From Camelus dromedarius (taxonomy: Eukaryota): DNA of 64,000 nucleotides. This document shows, in pieces, positions 9,401-22,900 of the stretch. Both the position numbers and the translations under genes were made by a program. Numbering within the stretch: the stretch's first letter is position 1; each line of letters starts with the position of its first letter. The notes below the pieces were generated by a model, which did not search any database, was not told the DNA's origin, and saw nothing but the letters and a program-made list of their open reading frames with translations. The stretch spans positions 43,836,001 through 43,900,000 of the forward strand of contig NC_087436.1 of the NCBI RefSeq assembly GCF_036321535.1, read 5' to 3'.

Positions 9401-12400
9401 ATGTCTCCCTTTTTCTACCCCAGCAAAGTAAGTGATGTTACAAGATCTTTTGCAAGGAACTAGGAGAGTTTTCATAAATGTTAGGCTTCTCAACTTTTTG
9501 GTATTCATGACACACTTTAGAATTTTGATAGCATATTTGAAGAGATTAGGAGTCTCCTACTAACATTAAACCAGATAGCTATGATTACACCACATGGTAT
9601 CTTCACTGTGTCTCAGAGTCTGTAACAGTCACAACCTTCAGCCATCGCCCTTCAGCACTGCATCACTGTTTGAGAAGGACTATTTTTTGTCCTGAGAGTG
9701 GCTTATATACACTAGGCAATATTCCTTTATGTTCTAGGAAACAGAATTTCATTGGTACTATCTGTATCCTACTCTGGAACTCTTATTCAAAGCCTGTGAT
9801 TTCATTTCATTCCATCAAGACAAGATTCTGCTGCTGGATAGGTTGGAGGACATTTCTAGTCTCCACCAGTATCTGATGTTCCAACCCGAAGGTGCAAGCT
9901 CAGGCCCCTTACAGTAGAGTGGGGCTCCATCTCTGGTCTCTATCTTCCTCTTCTCTTGAGATGGTGAGGCCAAAATAGCATAGCTGGTTGGGCTTCTGAG
10001 TGATTATGTGAAGAACAATGGTTGTTGTGAGTCAGTTCAACTCACAATGGATATTACTGAGGAAGAAAAACTTTGTGAGTTAAAAGCTACTAATATCTGA
10101 TGATTATTGTTGCATATAACAGCCCACTTAGATTAATATGGACATATATTTATTTGAAGACTGTAAAACTTATTTGTAGCAAAACAAAAAGTCTGTAAAA
10201 CATGGTGGGTCACCTCTGCATAGCTTGCAGATTCTGTTATAAAAGCCATTTTTATTTTTAATTTTTGTTGTGCAAGAAAGCTTTATGCCTCAAAGTCTAT
10301 AGCCATCCCGAGTGATTTTTAAAAATCATCTTAACCATTTTTGAGTGTATTGTTCAGTAGTTTTAAGTATATACCACTATTCTTCTTTCTTTGTTTTTAA
10401 AGCAGTGTTGTTTGTCTCCATTTTTCTCTATTTTATTTTAATAAATTTTAATTTTTATTTCTCCATACTACTGATGTAGGAGTAAGCATGTATAAAGTTC
10501 TGTCACTGGCCACACCCAGCCTTTCTGCTGTCTTGTGGGAAATAATGATATGGAGCTGTAGTCTCTTTGTATAGTGCTATTGATTGACGGCAATTTTGCA
10601 GGAGGGCATCCACTATCTGGGTACCTGCCCTTCTTGAATGAAGAAGACATCTATTCTTGAGAGAGCCCTACATATAATTATGTGTTTGCCTCATTCTACC
10701 CAGGATGTGATTGAGGTGTTTCCATAGGTTCTGGAGGCTAGTTTGAAGAGTAGATTGATTCCTGGGACGCTATGGAAAAAACTCAGTGTGATAGTGTTTT
10801 TTGATCCTGTTGTACCCAAGCCTATAAGGGGACAGCGTAGTTAAATCACACATTTAACTGAAGTCCTATAATTAATTAATTCCTTAGAATATGTGATGAC
10901 ACTTTTCAATCTGGGGAGGCCAGAGCACTGGGTTGAGTCAAGAGGCTGAACTGATGAGAGTCCTTTTTGCTACTGATCTGCTGTGTGATCATGAGTAAGT
11001 CTCTCAGCCTGAGAAACCTAATAAGACTAGATATTTCCCAAGTCTCTTCTAGCTCTGATTTTCAAAGTTTTAATAAAATACAATAGGTTTGTTTTTAGAA
11101 ACACTTCTGGATAAGCCCTAACGGTTTTATATTGATATGGATATTTTCAGAAGACATATCCTCAGAAGTGCTATGTAAATTTTCAAAAATAGATGGAGAA
11201 ACCAAATTTCAAGTTGCCTTTTATAACTGCCTTTACCAGTGGAAACTGGAGGTGTGAGGAAGGCAACTGAAATATCCCTCAAGCTAGGCAAATATTTAAC
11301 ACTGATGTCTAAGACTTGCCAGTGCTTTAAATCCAATCTTGTTTTTTATTTACCACTTGCATTGAACAGAAGAAGCCAATCATTTTTGGGAGAAGAAAAG
11401 CAAAACTTTAGAAAAGATTCTCTCTTTCCAGCTGCCTCCAAGCAGGGGATGACTATTTCTTTTATTCAGAGACTTATATTTCTTCACCTGCCTCCTTTCT
11501 ACCTCGTCTTTAAAGGTGTCTCTTGATTTTGGCATCATGGATCTACAAACACATCACACAAGTAATTTAAAATTGTTCTTCTTGGAGGGGAAACAGATTA
11601 AGTCTCAGCTCCCCATGAATAGCTCTGCTCTCTCCTTTTTAATAAAGAAGAGTTAGACTGGACCAGTGCCGATGGCATATTTACCTTCATGAGCTAAAAA
11701 AAAAAAAAAAAAAAAAAAGGAAAGAAAAGAAAAAAGTTAATTACTGCTCGGAGCAAGTTAGTCTGGCTGTCCTGAGCTGTCTTTTATTAGTTGTCCCCTT
11801 CATTAATTTCCCTTACTGGATTTGCTGCTAATAGCTGCCTGGTCCCAGTCAGCGCGAAGCCGCATCTGCGCCATTGAGCAGGAAAGTAGGAGCCTGGCCA
11901 AAGGGGGGTGGGGATGGCGTGGGGGAGACGCTATTTACAAATCAACTCTTATTAACATGATGGTCTGGTTTGCTGAAGAGGGGAGAGGGTGGGCCTCAGA
12001 GCAGAAAGTTGTAGAGTGGCAGAGAGGTGGTGAAAACTGAATGAACCAGCCCAAGAATAGCAGTTTGGAATTTTACTTCATTCCTTATGAACTAGTGTTC
12101 TTCTAGCTTCACCTCAGAATACTACTTATTTTTCAAAGGCTGGATGAAGCATACTCCTCTGCCACTGAAATTCATTAAAAGTTACAAAAATATGGATGTT
12201 TTAGTAAAGAGGTTTGATTTTCCCCTTACAATGCAGAGACTCGAGAGATCTGAGTCAACAAATGACCTTTTTCCCTTTATAAGTTGATAGACTTTTAGAT
12301 ATTCAGGTGGAGACAATGTATTGAATACATATATGATTCTTTTACTCTTGTCCAGTTATGTACATTACTTTGGAAAGGTCCAACCATTTTTATTTTTCTC

Positions 12401-13339
12401 ACACTGATCACCAAAGAGTGTACTATTTTGCTAACTTATTTTGTTTACCTTGTTTTCCCTCACCAGAATGTAATCTCCAGTAGGATATGTGTCCCCTCGT
12501 GCTTTGATGTTGTCTCCAGCACTCCTAACAGTGCCTCCCACATAGTAAGAGTTCAATAAATATTTGTTGAGTTAATGCTGATGAATGAAGAAACTCTTCT
12601 ATAGACAAAGAACAACTAGTTTTAAATTCCTATTTGTGTGCATACGGTTAAGACACATCTCAATCCCTGCCTTTTTTTTTTTTTTTTTTTTTTTTTGGTA
12701 AGAAGAAGAAAGTAGTATGTTAAAATGTTAACCTTTCCCCCAATCCTCATCATAGATGTGGTCATAAAAGGGTCTGCCTGAACAATCCATTAAAAATATA
12801 TATACAATATTTCATTGTTTCAAGCTGTGCCTAGACTCTTCCACAGCTGGGAAGAGCATGCCGAAGAGCTGAGAAGAAGTGAGGTAGTTGGCAAGGTGGG
12901 AGTTAGGGAGTCAGGATATATTCTATATAAGCACAATTTTTGAACAGTTTAAGAGGCAATAGTGACATCTTTCTATATGTGTTGTAATATACTCAAGCTC
13001 CCATTCACATTGCTCTATCACAGTAAATAGAAAAGTTAAATTCAAACACTCACATGCCTGGGCTTGGGGATCAGTCAGCTTTGGTTTAAATCCCACTTCT
13101 AATGTTTATTAGCTTGTGGACTTAAGTACCTTTAATTTCCAAATAGAGTTAAATGAGCTAGTCCACGTAATGTTGGCATACAGGGAGTCCTAACAGATGG
13201 TCGCTAGTTTGTTATTTTTTTGAAAATGATGAGTGCCAAATGTGAAGCTGAGGCTAGTCACCAATTAGATCCTTTAAACCCTAACTTGCTTGATAAATTA
13301 CGAACTGTAACCCATCTTCACTGATCAAGCCACTTTAAT

Positions 13340-13830
13340 TGTTTTTACAAAAACTTGCCTGTCCTCCAAGCGTCAGGCAGCCTAAACAATAAGATGTTTG
13401 CCCAGGTTGTTTTTTCTGGAACTTGTAGTCAGCTGTGTCCAGTCTGAGCCAGTTTTGACTGGGCATGTGCGAGTGTCTGCTCTCGGTGACCTTTTGAGGT
13501 AAGAGGGCCAAAAACTCCACCCTGAATGTGCATGACTGCCATTTCCCTCCTACCAAGAAGCTTGTAATTGAGCTGCACCTGTTGTGTCTGCACAGACGGA
13601 TGAGACTTCACCTTTTTCTTATCTTCAATCACGTTTCCCCACACTCCCTATGCCTCATCTTTATCCCATAAATATCCCAAGCCCCTCACCTTGGGGGAGG
13701 CGGATTTGAGACTTGTTCTCTTGTTTCCTCATTTGGCTGCCTTGTGAATAAACCTCTTCTCTGCTGCAAATCTACATGTCTCAGTGTTTGGCTTCCTGGC
13801 TATTGGGTAAATGGGCCTAGTTCAGTAACA
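13340..13830 (+). mobile_element. Solo ERV LTR (left boundary approximate)
   Basis: TATA-like CATAAATA near 13667, AATAAA 13747-13752 and a terminal ...TTCAGTAACA typical of an LTR 3' end. Confidence 0.6.
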
Positions 13831-13904
13831 TATGTATGTGGTGGTATTTTAAGTATAAAAATTATACAGGATTTAGATTTTTAGTTATTTCAAAGATAAC
13901 ATGA

Positions 13905-14170
13905 GTCCCACAGATATAGAGAACAAACTAGTGGTTACCAGTAGGGAGAGGGGAGGGGGGAGGGACAGGAGAAGGGGAGGGGAGTGTAGGTACAGACTGT
14001 TAGGTATTTATAAAATAAGCTACAAGGATATATTGTAAAACACGGGGAATATAGCCAACATTTAATAATAACTATAAATGGAGTATAACCTTTAAAAATT
14101 GTGAATCACTATGTTGTACACCTGTAACATATAATATTGTACAGCAATTTACTTCAATAAAAAATAAAAG
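13905..14170 (+). mobile_element. L1 3'-end fragment with A-tail
   Basis: cagatatagagaacaaactagtggttacc...aatcactatgttgtacacctg...cttcaataaaaaataaaa, a typical laurasiatherian L1 3' UTR. Confidence 0.85.
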
Positions 14171-15884
14171 TATTAATTGAGAAAGGTTAAAAAAATGAGT
14201 TCTATTGAAGTGTCAAAGAAAAATACAGATTAGTAAAAATGTACAATAATTGTAACTACCATTGATTTTAGAATGACATTATTTATAGTTAATAACTATA
14301 ATTAATATAATTCTTTGGAGAAGTGAAATAAAGTCCTTTTATAATACACCATGGAACAAGAGAAGAGTCTATGTGGTGTGGTTTTGGAGTTGTTGCAAAA
14401 ATTAAAAAGCATATACCCACTGAACCCGAAACTCCGTATTTAAGAAGTTACCCTACAGAAACTTTTATTCTCTCTCTGCCTGCACACACACACACAAACA
14501 GACACTCAGATGTTTGTTATAGTGTTGCTTTAAAAAAACAATGGAACTGATTAAGTGTTCATCAGTGGGCACAGTTACATAAGTTACGGTGCTTTCACAG
14601 CGGGGAATACTACGCACTGCCCTAAGGGTGGAGTGTCGCTAAGCGAGCTGACTTGCTGGGGTGACCACAAGCTCATCTGCCACTACCGACACTGCTAATG
14701 TGGAAACACTGGTGGTTCCAGTGTCTCCAAACTTGGCTGATTCTCAGAATTGCTTAGTGTTATATTTATAAATTCCCAGCTCCTTTTCCAGACTTATGGG
14801 ATGAGACTTGTTGAAGCTCGAGCCCAGAATCTGTATTTAAAAAAAAACTGGAATGATTCTGCAGCCAGCTTGGCATTAGCTCTGGGATGGGCACTTATGA
14901 ACTGTGGCACAAGACAGTACAAACAAATATGAAGGATTATTTCTGGATGGCCTTGGTTAAAAAACACATATATAATCTGGGAGGGCTGTTTTGTGGGGCA
15001 GCTGTATTAATCATGGTAATGCTTCTTATTTACATTATTCCTGGTAAAGTCTACCTTGGACAAAATCTGGAAGAGGTAAATTGTCCACAATATCTTAGTA
15101 AATGAAAATACCAATCTGTAGAACATTATGTATGAATAATTCAATTTTAATAAAAATATCAACATCTTTTAAAATTTGTATCCATATGTTCATATGAGCA
15201 TAGGAAAACACATGAAAGAATGAATGAGTACAAACCAAACAGTAATAGTAGACACTGGGAATGAGACTGGATTGGTGGGGTAAGGGAGGCCCCTTTCCTT
15301 TGTACCATATACAGTACAATAGAGTATGAAATTCTATGTTTGTATTACCCAGGTAATGAAAAAGAATCAATACAGACATCAAATATGATTGAGACAAGCC
15401 TTCTAAGGTTCTGTCAAGGTGTAGATTTGGTATGTGCCAGATTGGAGTATTGACTCCCTTCTTTAAACCAGGCCTCATTTCACTTTTACAATACATAAAG
15501 AGGCAGCAATTTCAGGACACCGAGAAACCTGGCGACCAGTCAAGGAGTAATCTCACTGCCTCTTTATTTCCTGCTTCTCAAATTCAGATCAATTCAATCA
15601 GTTTCAGCTCCATCCCTGGGAAATTTCTTCCTTTCCCATCTAAGCAAATCTAGACTCTCTAGTAGGATTTGCCCTTAACCTGGCATCTGCTTCAAAGTCA
15701 CTTTAAAGCCCCTGCTGGGGCAAACAGGACTGGCAGTGAGAACCTCCAGTCCCAACCTCATTATCTCATTTGAGTCAGGGTGAATGGGAAATTAATTCTC
15801 TCTTCTTTGACCACAACATTAAATAAACAGAAAGAAGAGAAAGCTGGTATACGCTTGTGTGTGTGTGTGTGTGATTTTTGTTGT

Positions 15885-17875
15885 TGTTTTTTAGATTCCA
15901 CATGTAAGTGAGATCATGGTGTCTTTCTCTGTCTGACATATTTTACTGAGCATAATAATGCCCTCAAGGTCAAACCACATTGCTGCAAATGGTAAGATCT
16001 CATTCTATTTTATGGCTGAATGATATCCCATTGTGTACATACATACTTTCTTTTTCCATTCCTTTATCTATAGGCACTTAGGTTGCTTCCCTATGTAGGC
16101 TATTGTAAATAATGCTGCAGTGAACTCTGGGGTTACATTCATCTTTTCAAGTTAGTGTTTTCAATTTCTTTGGATAAATACCCAAAAGTGGAATTGCTGG
16201 ATTATATGGTAATTCTATTTTTAATTTTTAAAGGAACCTCTGTATTGTTAGTTTTTGTGAATGGAATCAGATAGGGGTCCAATTTCATTCTTTTGCGTGT
16301 ACATATCTAATTTTCCTGGCACCATTTGTTGAAGAGGCAATCCTTTCCCCATTTGAGTGCTCTTGGTGCTCTTGTCAAAGATTAGTTGATGGAATTTCTG
16401 AGCTCTCTATTCTGTTCCATTGGTCTGTATGTTTGTTTCTGTGTTCTTGATTACTATAGTTATGCAAAATAGTTTGAAATCAGAAAGTGTAATGCTTCCC
16501 AGCTTCGTTCTTCTTTTCAAGATTGCTTTAGGTATTTGGGGTCTTTTGTGGTTCCATAAGAATTTTAGGGTTTTTTCCTATTCTGTGAACAAAACCATTG
16601 GAATTTTGATAGGGATTGCATTGAATCTGTAGATTACTTTGGGTAGTATGGTCATCTTAACAATATTTATTCTTCCAATTCATGAACATATGGTGCTTTT
16701 CTATTTATTTGTTTCTTTAATTTCTTTCAACAACATCTTACAGTTTCCCATGTATACATCTTTCACTTCCTTCATTAAGTTTATTCCTGTATATTTTATT
16801 GTTTTTGATGCTACTGTAAATGGGATTGCTTTCTTAATGTCTCTTTCAGATAGTTTACGTCTCTCTGTTGAAACTCTCAGTTTTGTTCACATTGTTTTAC
16901 TGAATTTGTCACCTTGTCTATCTGTTTACTCACTGAGTTGTAGTCACTGAGTGACCTTAAAATAATCATTTTGAATTGTCAGGCAATTCATAGACTTCCG
17001 TTTCTTTGTGGTCAGCTACTAGCAAATTATTGTGTTTCTTTGGTAGTATCATGTTCCTGGAAGTTCTATTGCTGTTTTTACTTTTGAAGAAGTGGTCACC
17101 ACTAACGTGCCTTCTCTCAAGCCTGCAAAGCCTGGCCAGGTGTTGAGAGTCTCCCATTTGTCTTCCCTAGGGAAGTGTTCTGAAATGCTCAAGTTTGTGA
17201 GCCTTCATCCTGTCTCACAGAATTAGACTGGCTTTCTATGCTTGCTTGCTTACTTGCTATCTGCAAAGATTCATTCTCACTGTCCACAGAAGCTGGCTAT
17301 GCGAGGAGGAGGGTGGTTAGGCATTGGGAGCACTGGGGGTCCACATGGGGTCTGTTGGGGGTTTGCACTGAGGCATCAACAGTTTCTCATGGATGGGCTT
17401 TCTGACAGTCTGTGAATCAGTTAGTAGGTAGAACCACAGTGTTGTTAGTACCATCCCTTTGATAAATTCTGAGCCCTGGCTGCTATACTCTCAGCCTCTC
17501 CCAATCACTGAAGCTTGCAGATTATGTTAGTGATCGGGGTGAGGTGACGAAGATGTGGGTCTCTTGGGCAGAATCCTGCATGGCTGGGGAACCCAGACAC
17601 AGACTCTCAAGATTTCAGTTTTTTCATTGAAAGAACTCATGGCTGTGGGGGTCTTTCCTGGCACTGAACCTTAGGAGAAGAGTGATGGGGGCAAAGTGAA
17701 ACTGTTCCTCTTACCTTCTTAATGCATCTGTTCTTGGGTTCTTCTGCTCCAATGGCACACTGAGTTTCTCTGTGGGGCTCCTGGACTCTTATCCATGGAT
17801 GACAGGAAAAATCAATGTACTATGGTGGGGAATGAAGGTAGAGAACCATTGGTCATCTTGCTGATGTCACTTCAA
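15885..17875 (-). mobile_element. Degenerate, internally deleted L1 (3' ORF2/UTR, ORF2 fragment, ORF1 start, 5' UTR-like region)
   Basis: L1 antisense hallmarks (gtggaattgctggattatatggtaattctatttttaatttt; ggaattttgatagggattgcattgaatctgtagatt). The minus ORF at 16966-17157 contains MILPKKHNNLLVADHKETEVYELPD, resembling the old L1 ORF1 N-terminus. Confidence 0.8.
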
Positions 17876-17879
17876 TTAT

Positions 17880-18560
17880 GTTTCTATGTAATAGTAAAGA
17901 ACAATTGGAAATTGAAATAAGAAAATAATACTAAGTAAATAGCATCAAAATATAAACTACTTAGGAAAAATTTAATAAAATATGGGCAAAAAGTGCATGC
18001 TGAAAACTAGGAAGCATTTATGAGAAACATTAAAGAACACTTAAATAAATGGAGAGATGTATGGTACCCATGGATCAGAATTCTGAATTGATAAAATGTC
18101 ACTTTTCCCCGACTGTGGTCACTCTGTAGATGCACAATGCATCCCCTGCTCCCTCCAAAATTTGGAGTCAAAACTGATGATGCCACGCATGCACCAAAAG
18201 GGTGTGAGAAGATTATTACTCACATTATAAGGCTTTCTGGGGAGAACAAGGCAACCTCCTGAGTAAGTGTAAAATGGCAGGAAAGACTAAGCGAAGGGTT
18301 TTAGGGTGTTTAGAGTGTGGGGCTGGTGTGAAAGTCCTTTCCATGAGCTGCAGTTTGCATTCTTTTAACCTCCTGCTGGTGCCAAAGGAGAGAGCACCTG
18401 GGCTTTCTGGTCTGCTCTTCCGGATGTGGGGCAGAGAGGTAAGGAAGAGCGGTGGGGCGTCAGAGCTGTCAATCATCAAACATCAAAAATGAAGGCAGAC
18501 ACTTTATTAGATTCTCAATTTGATCTATAGACTCAGTACTATCCCAATTAAAATCCCTCT
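17880..18560 (+). mobile_element. Old L1 ORF2 fragment interrupted by an LTR
   Basis: aaagaacacttaaataaatggagagatgtatggtacccatggatcaga...aaaatgtcacttttcccc resumes after the LTR as aatttgatctatagactcagtactatcccaattaaaatccc. Confidence 0.7.
18125..18511 (-). mobile_element. Solo LTR, LTR75-like ERVL (copy 1)
   Basis: Ends in agctgtcaatcatcaaacatcaaaaatgaaggcagacactttatta; visibly homologous to 48800-49155. Confidence 0.65.
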
Positions 18561-19369
18561 TTATCCCTGATAATGATTTTTTTCCCTTAAATTCTACTTT
18601 AATTGATTTTAGTATCATGATGTACCCTAATCTCAGTAATGCTTATCTGCTCTGGCTGAAGGAGGAAACACACTCTTTAATTCACAAAACTTGAAAAATA
18701 GCCTTCTTAATGCATTTTAAAATGCTGGGTTTCTGAGCCAAGAACAATAAATCGCTTATTTCTAAAATAATTCAGAGCTTCATTTGAAGCATATTATGTA
18801 ATAAAACATATAACGAGGGTTAGCAACATTTATTGATCACCTTAAAAGTTAGATTACTGACACAGTTTGGTCACCTCATAGTAGAAAACTCCTAGAGATA
18901 GTATCTTATCACCAGGACCCAAGAACAGACGGTGAAGAGTTTCTCCAGAGTTGTATGATTGGTAGATATACAAATTAAGATAAAAAGCTACACTAATACA
19001 ACCCTGGGAACTATTATTTTTTCAGTTTTAATTCATGTATCAAAATAATTTAATTTTCTTAATTAAATAAGCACTAAAATCAAAATCATGAAAAGAGGGG
19101 ACAACGTCCCTAAGCGATAAAGCACTCAAGCATTTTCACTTTTTTACCCAGACAAAAAAGCTCCAAAAACAAATAACAAACAAATAAACAAAGAAAACCT
19201 GTCCACCCAGGAGGTAATCCATTTTCCACACTCATTATCATTCAGATGAGTCTTTTGTAAGACAAAGATGTCGGCATAGCTTTTTTCAGTGTCTGAGAAC
19301 GCCTTTCTTATTTGGATTGTACAAATAAAGAGGACCCTCTGGATCTAATTAAGAGATTTTTCACCTGCC

Positions 19370-19990
19370 ATCATTCATTCATTCAGTTCATAAACATTTA
19401 TGGAACACGTGCAATGTGCATGGTGCAATGTTAAATACTGTATTACACCAGGAGTTATGCCACAATGGGTCAATCATAAAACTACACTCTTAATTAATCT
19501 TGTGATTTTTAATGATTTAATTCTTTCATTCAACAAGGCCTTATTAACGACCAAGTGCAAGGCTAGGCATTGGGGCTGACAAAATGAACTCAACAATCTC
19601 TGCTTTCACGTGCTCATAATCTAATGGGGGAGGCAGATACATAAACAAGTAATTACTGTACAATTGAGGTCCCACCATAAAGGTCTGTGATGGTGTAATG
19701 GAGCCTCTGTGTGTGTGTGTGTGTATGTGCAAGTGTGTGTTTGTGTGCATGTGTAACCAGAGGGGAGTAGGAGAGTCAGAGAAAGTCTTCCTGAGGCGGC
19801 GACACTTGAGCTGAGTCTTGAAGGACAAATAAGTTTCCCAAGGGAGGGGAGGCTATTGCAGGCACAGAGAAGAGCCTGGGGAAACAGTTGTGGGAGGGCA
19901 TGTCATATCTGGTGAATTGAAGTCAGGAGAGGCTGGGCGGATGTGGGACTACCTGGAGATGAGGTTGGAGACAGATGGAAAGAGAGGATG
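19370..19990. mobile_element. L2 remnant containing a (TG)n tract
   Basis: cattcattcattca / aacatttatggaacac and gagaaagtcttcctgaggcggcgacacttgagctgagtcttgaagga are typical L2 3' motifs; TG repeat at about 19708-19752. Confidence 0.6.
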
Positions 19991-22900
19991 ATGTTCAGTA
20001 CTATTTAGACTGAGCCGTATGAACCTGCGAATGTTAGACTATTTTGACTTAAAAAATAGTAATTTGATATGGTTTAAATATATTTCCAGGTGACATGATA
20101 ATGATGAATAAGCATTAGTAAATAACTCCATGAATGGAATCTATTATTTTTGTTGTTGTTTTTGTTATTTGCATTTCCCACTTTGCACCTTGGTTAGAAA
20201 CGACTTCTCCTTCAAACTGAGACTATTCCCTGGGTCTAGGGGAGGGACTGAGGGTATGTGCAGTTAAGTGGTCTTGGCCACCAAGGTTACTGAGAGTGGG
20301 TCTGGGAAAATGAATTCTACAGGACTGCAAAGGGGAAAGAGTTTAGATAATAACCATGATAAAATCCCATCCTTAACTGAACACCAAAATGTGCCAGGCA
20401 CTGTGCTAAGTCCTTCACATGTGTTACCTCCAATCCTCACAACACCTCAAGGTGTGTCTTTTTACACCCATTTTACATGTGGGAACTTAAGGCTCTGAGA
20501 GGCTAGGTGCCACTCTTCTAGTAAGTGGCAGAGCCAGGGCACATTCCTGTGATTTCATCCCACTCTTCCCTTCAAGAGGGCTGATGAGAGTGACTGCAGG
20601 TGGAATTGGAAGAGACCTGACCACCTGCTGATGTTTAAAAGTCATTTCTCAGAAGAGGGAAAGCTGGAGAATGGGTGTAGCCTTATGAATTAGTTCAGTG
20701 CCAGAAGTTCTCTCTTTTTAATTTTAATATTACCTACCCCTTAGAGGGGTTAGGAAGGGAGAAAGAGGAGAGGGTGCAGGAGATGGGGCCAGGGTCTATA
20801 AGAAGCAGCTTGGTAATATGGGAAGAAAACTGAGGGCAGGGCACTCTTTCCTCTCCAACCTCCCTGGCAAGCAACCAGCTGGCTCTATAATTTAACTCTC
20901 TTCACCCTGGCCAGAAAAAAACACATTCTGCTTAGTGGAAGTCCTTCCTGACAACCGCTACATAGAAGGGGGGAAAACTATGTGGACATTAAATGAAGAA
21001 AACATTTTCCTTGATTTGTTCTCCTAAAAATGTTTCTAGAAAGGAATCTGTAATCAAGAAAATGACAACATCAAAGTTTGAAACACTTACTGAGGGAGTG
21101 CTCTTAGCTGGGAACCGAGACGACGTTTTCTTCACTTTGCGATGGTGGTCCAGTTGAGATGCTGCAGTTCTCCACGGCCTTGTCATCGTGAAGCCACCCA
21201 GCACACTCACACACAGTGGGAACAATGCCCCAGGAGCCCATGTGGTCCACAAGCACAGCGTCTCATCTATTATCCAAGTGGCCTATTCTAGAAAACATCT
21301 TTCGGGTGTGTTTTTTCATTTGTTTCTTCTGTCCCACATGCTGAGAGTGATGACAAGGGTCATTTCTAGTTAATGTTGTGGACAGTGCACTCAAAGTGAC
21401 CTTTCCAACTGAGAGGCAGTCATTCACAGTCTGGATTTTTAAACTGTTTTCTCAAAAAACAAAAAAAGGGTCTATTTCCTAAAAGGTCATACTTCTGAAT
21501 TTAGACTTAGGGACCTGTGGCTCTCTGAGTTTTAGCTCTTTTCATAAGAAACATGATGTTAGCATTTGAAAGAGAGAATAACTCTAGGGTTATTTTGCAG
21601 GGGCAAAGGGGAAGCCATTTTCAGCAGAGTGGAATATATAACTAGTCTTTCCAATGGGAAACACCGCAATAAATACACAAACCGCTTGGCAGGGTCTCTT
21701 CTGTCTTCTAGCAAATTGCATGAGTCAGCTGTACCAAACTATAAAATGCTTCCTGAAAACAGTATTTTCCTGATAATTGGACTGATTTTTAAAATTTATA
21801 AAAAGTTAACTTTCCTCAAGTATCTTTTTTAGTTCACCATTTTAGCATTTGAGATACACTCTGGTTGGTAGAAGTTCTGAGAAAGGCATTTTTGGCATAT
21901 ATTCAAAAACCACCAAAGAAGTACACCAAATGGCCAAGCACTGAGTGCATCTTGATCTGCCTTGTAATTTAGTTTTTAAGTTATTGATGGCAAAATCTGG
22001 CATTTCTTGACATCCGGGGCAATTTGGGGCTGTCTATCTCCCACTCATCAGTTACTATGTCAGCCACTGAAAAATAACAACAATGTGTTATTGGCCTTTA
22101 TAGGATGGATCTTAAACAACAGCCTTCTTTTTGGACTGCTTGCATTTTCCACCTCCCCTCCAATAACCAGGAGTTGAATATAATAAAAGATGATACTTAA
22201 CAACAAAGAGTTTTAGAGATGCCAAGTTTAATTTGCCGTTATATGTGATTATGTTGTCTCAAGAAGTCTAGGAATAATTTTCGTTTGTTGAGTGTGTGTC
22301 CTTGCTCAGCTCAGACAGGGCAGAGGCCTTGCTGCCGGGATGGAGGGACAAGAGGAGGAAGGAGGGGAGGACCTCGGGTCTCTTTGCAGTAGGTTGTCAA
22401 GGTCATGATGAATTATGGAGCTTACACCAATATCCAGCTCAATCTCAGGTCATCTTCCTTGGTGCTTGTCTGAAAGTCCTAGGACTTGGATATTTTAAAT
22501 TGCCATTGTCAAGACAATTTATGGCTTTGAGTCTTTGCACAAGGCATGTTTCAAAGGCTAGTGGGCTCCGTTGCACTTAACCTTTATCTACACCATTGAA
22601 GGATCTTGCTAACTCATCTGGGGTGGGGCAAAGAGGATGGCCACAGAGATGGATGCCTGTGTGCTAGTCTGTCCTGGCCTGGCTCCTACACAAACATGCC
22701 CCAAAGGCTGGGGAAGGATACAGCTGGCCAGAGGCTCCCGTCCTTCATATACCATCCTCTCTGATGCAGGTGGCTCAGTGACTGCTGCCCAGCCCAAGGG
22801 AACGCTGCACATGATCCAGGTGCTCAGCCCAGACAGAATGTTCTCTATTGAAAACACGTTGGGAATACCGCCCTTCAAAGCCAGTCGCTGTGGGTCCTTC

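Noticed and set aside
16420..16950. Hydrophobic membrane-protein-like ORFs
   Set aside because: Antisense reading of L1 ORF2 sequence.
20989..21373. Short ORFs with exon-like composition in the intergenic interval
   Set aside because: No recognisable protein similarity and no convincing paired splice sites.
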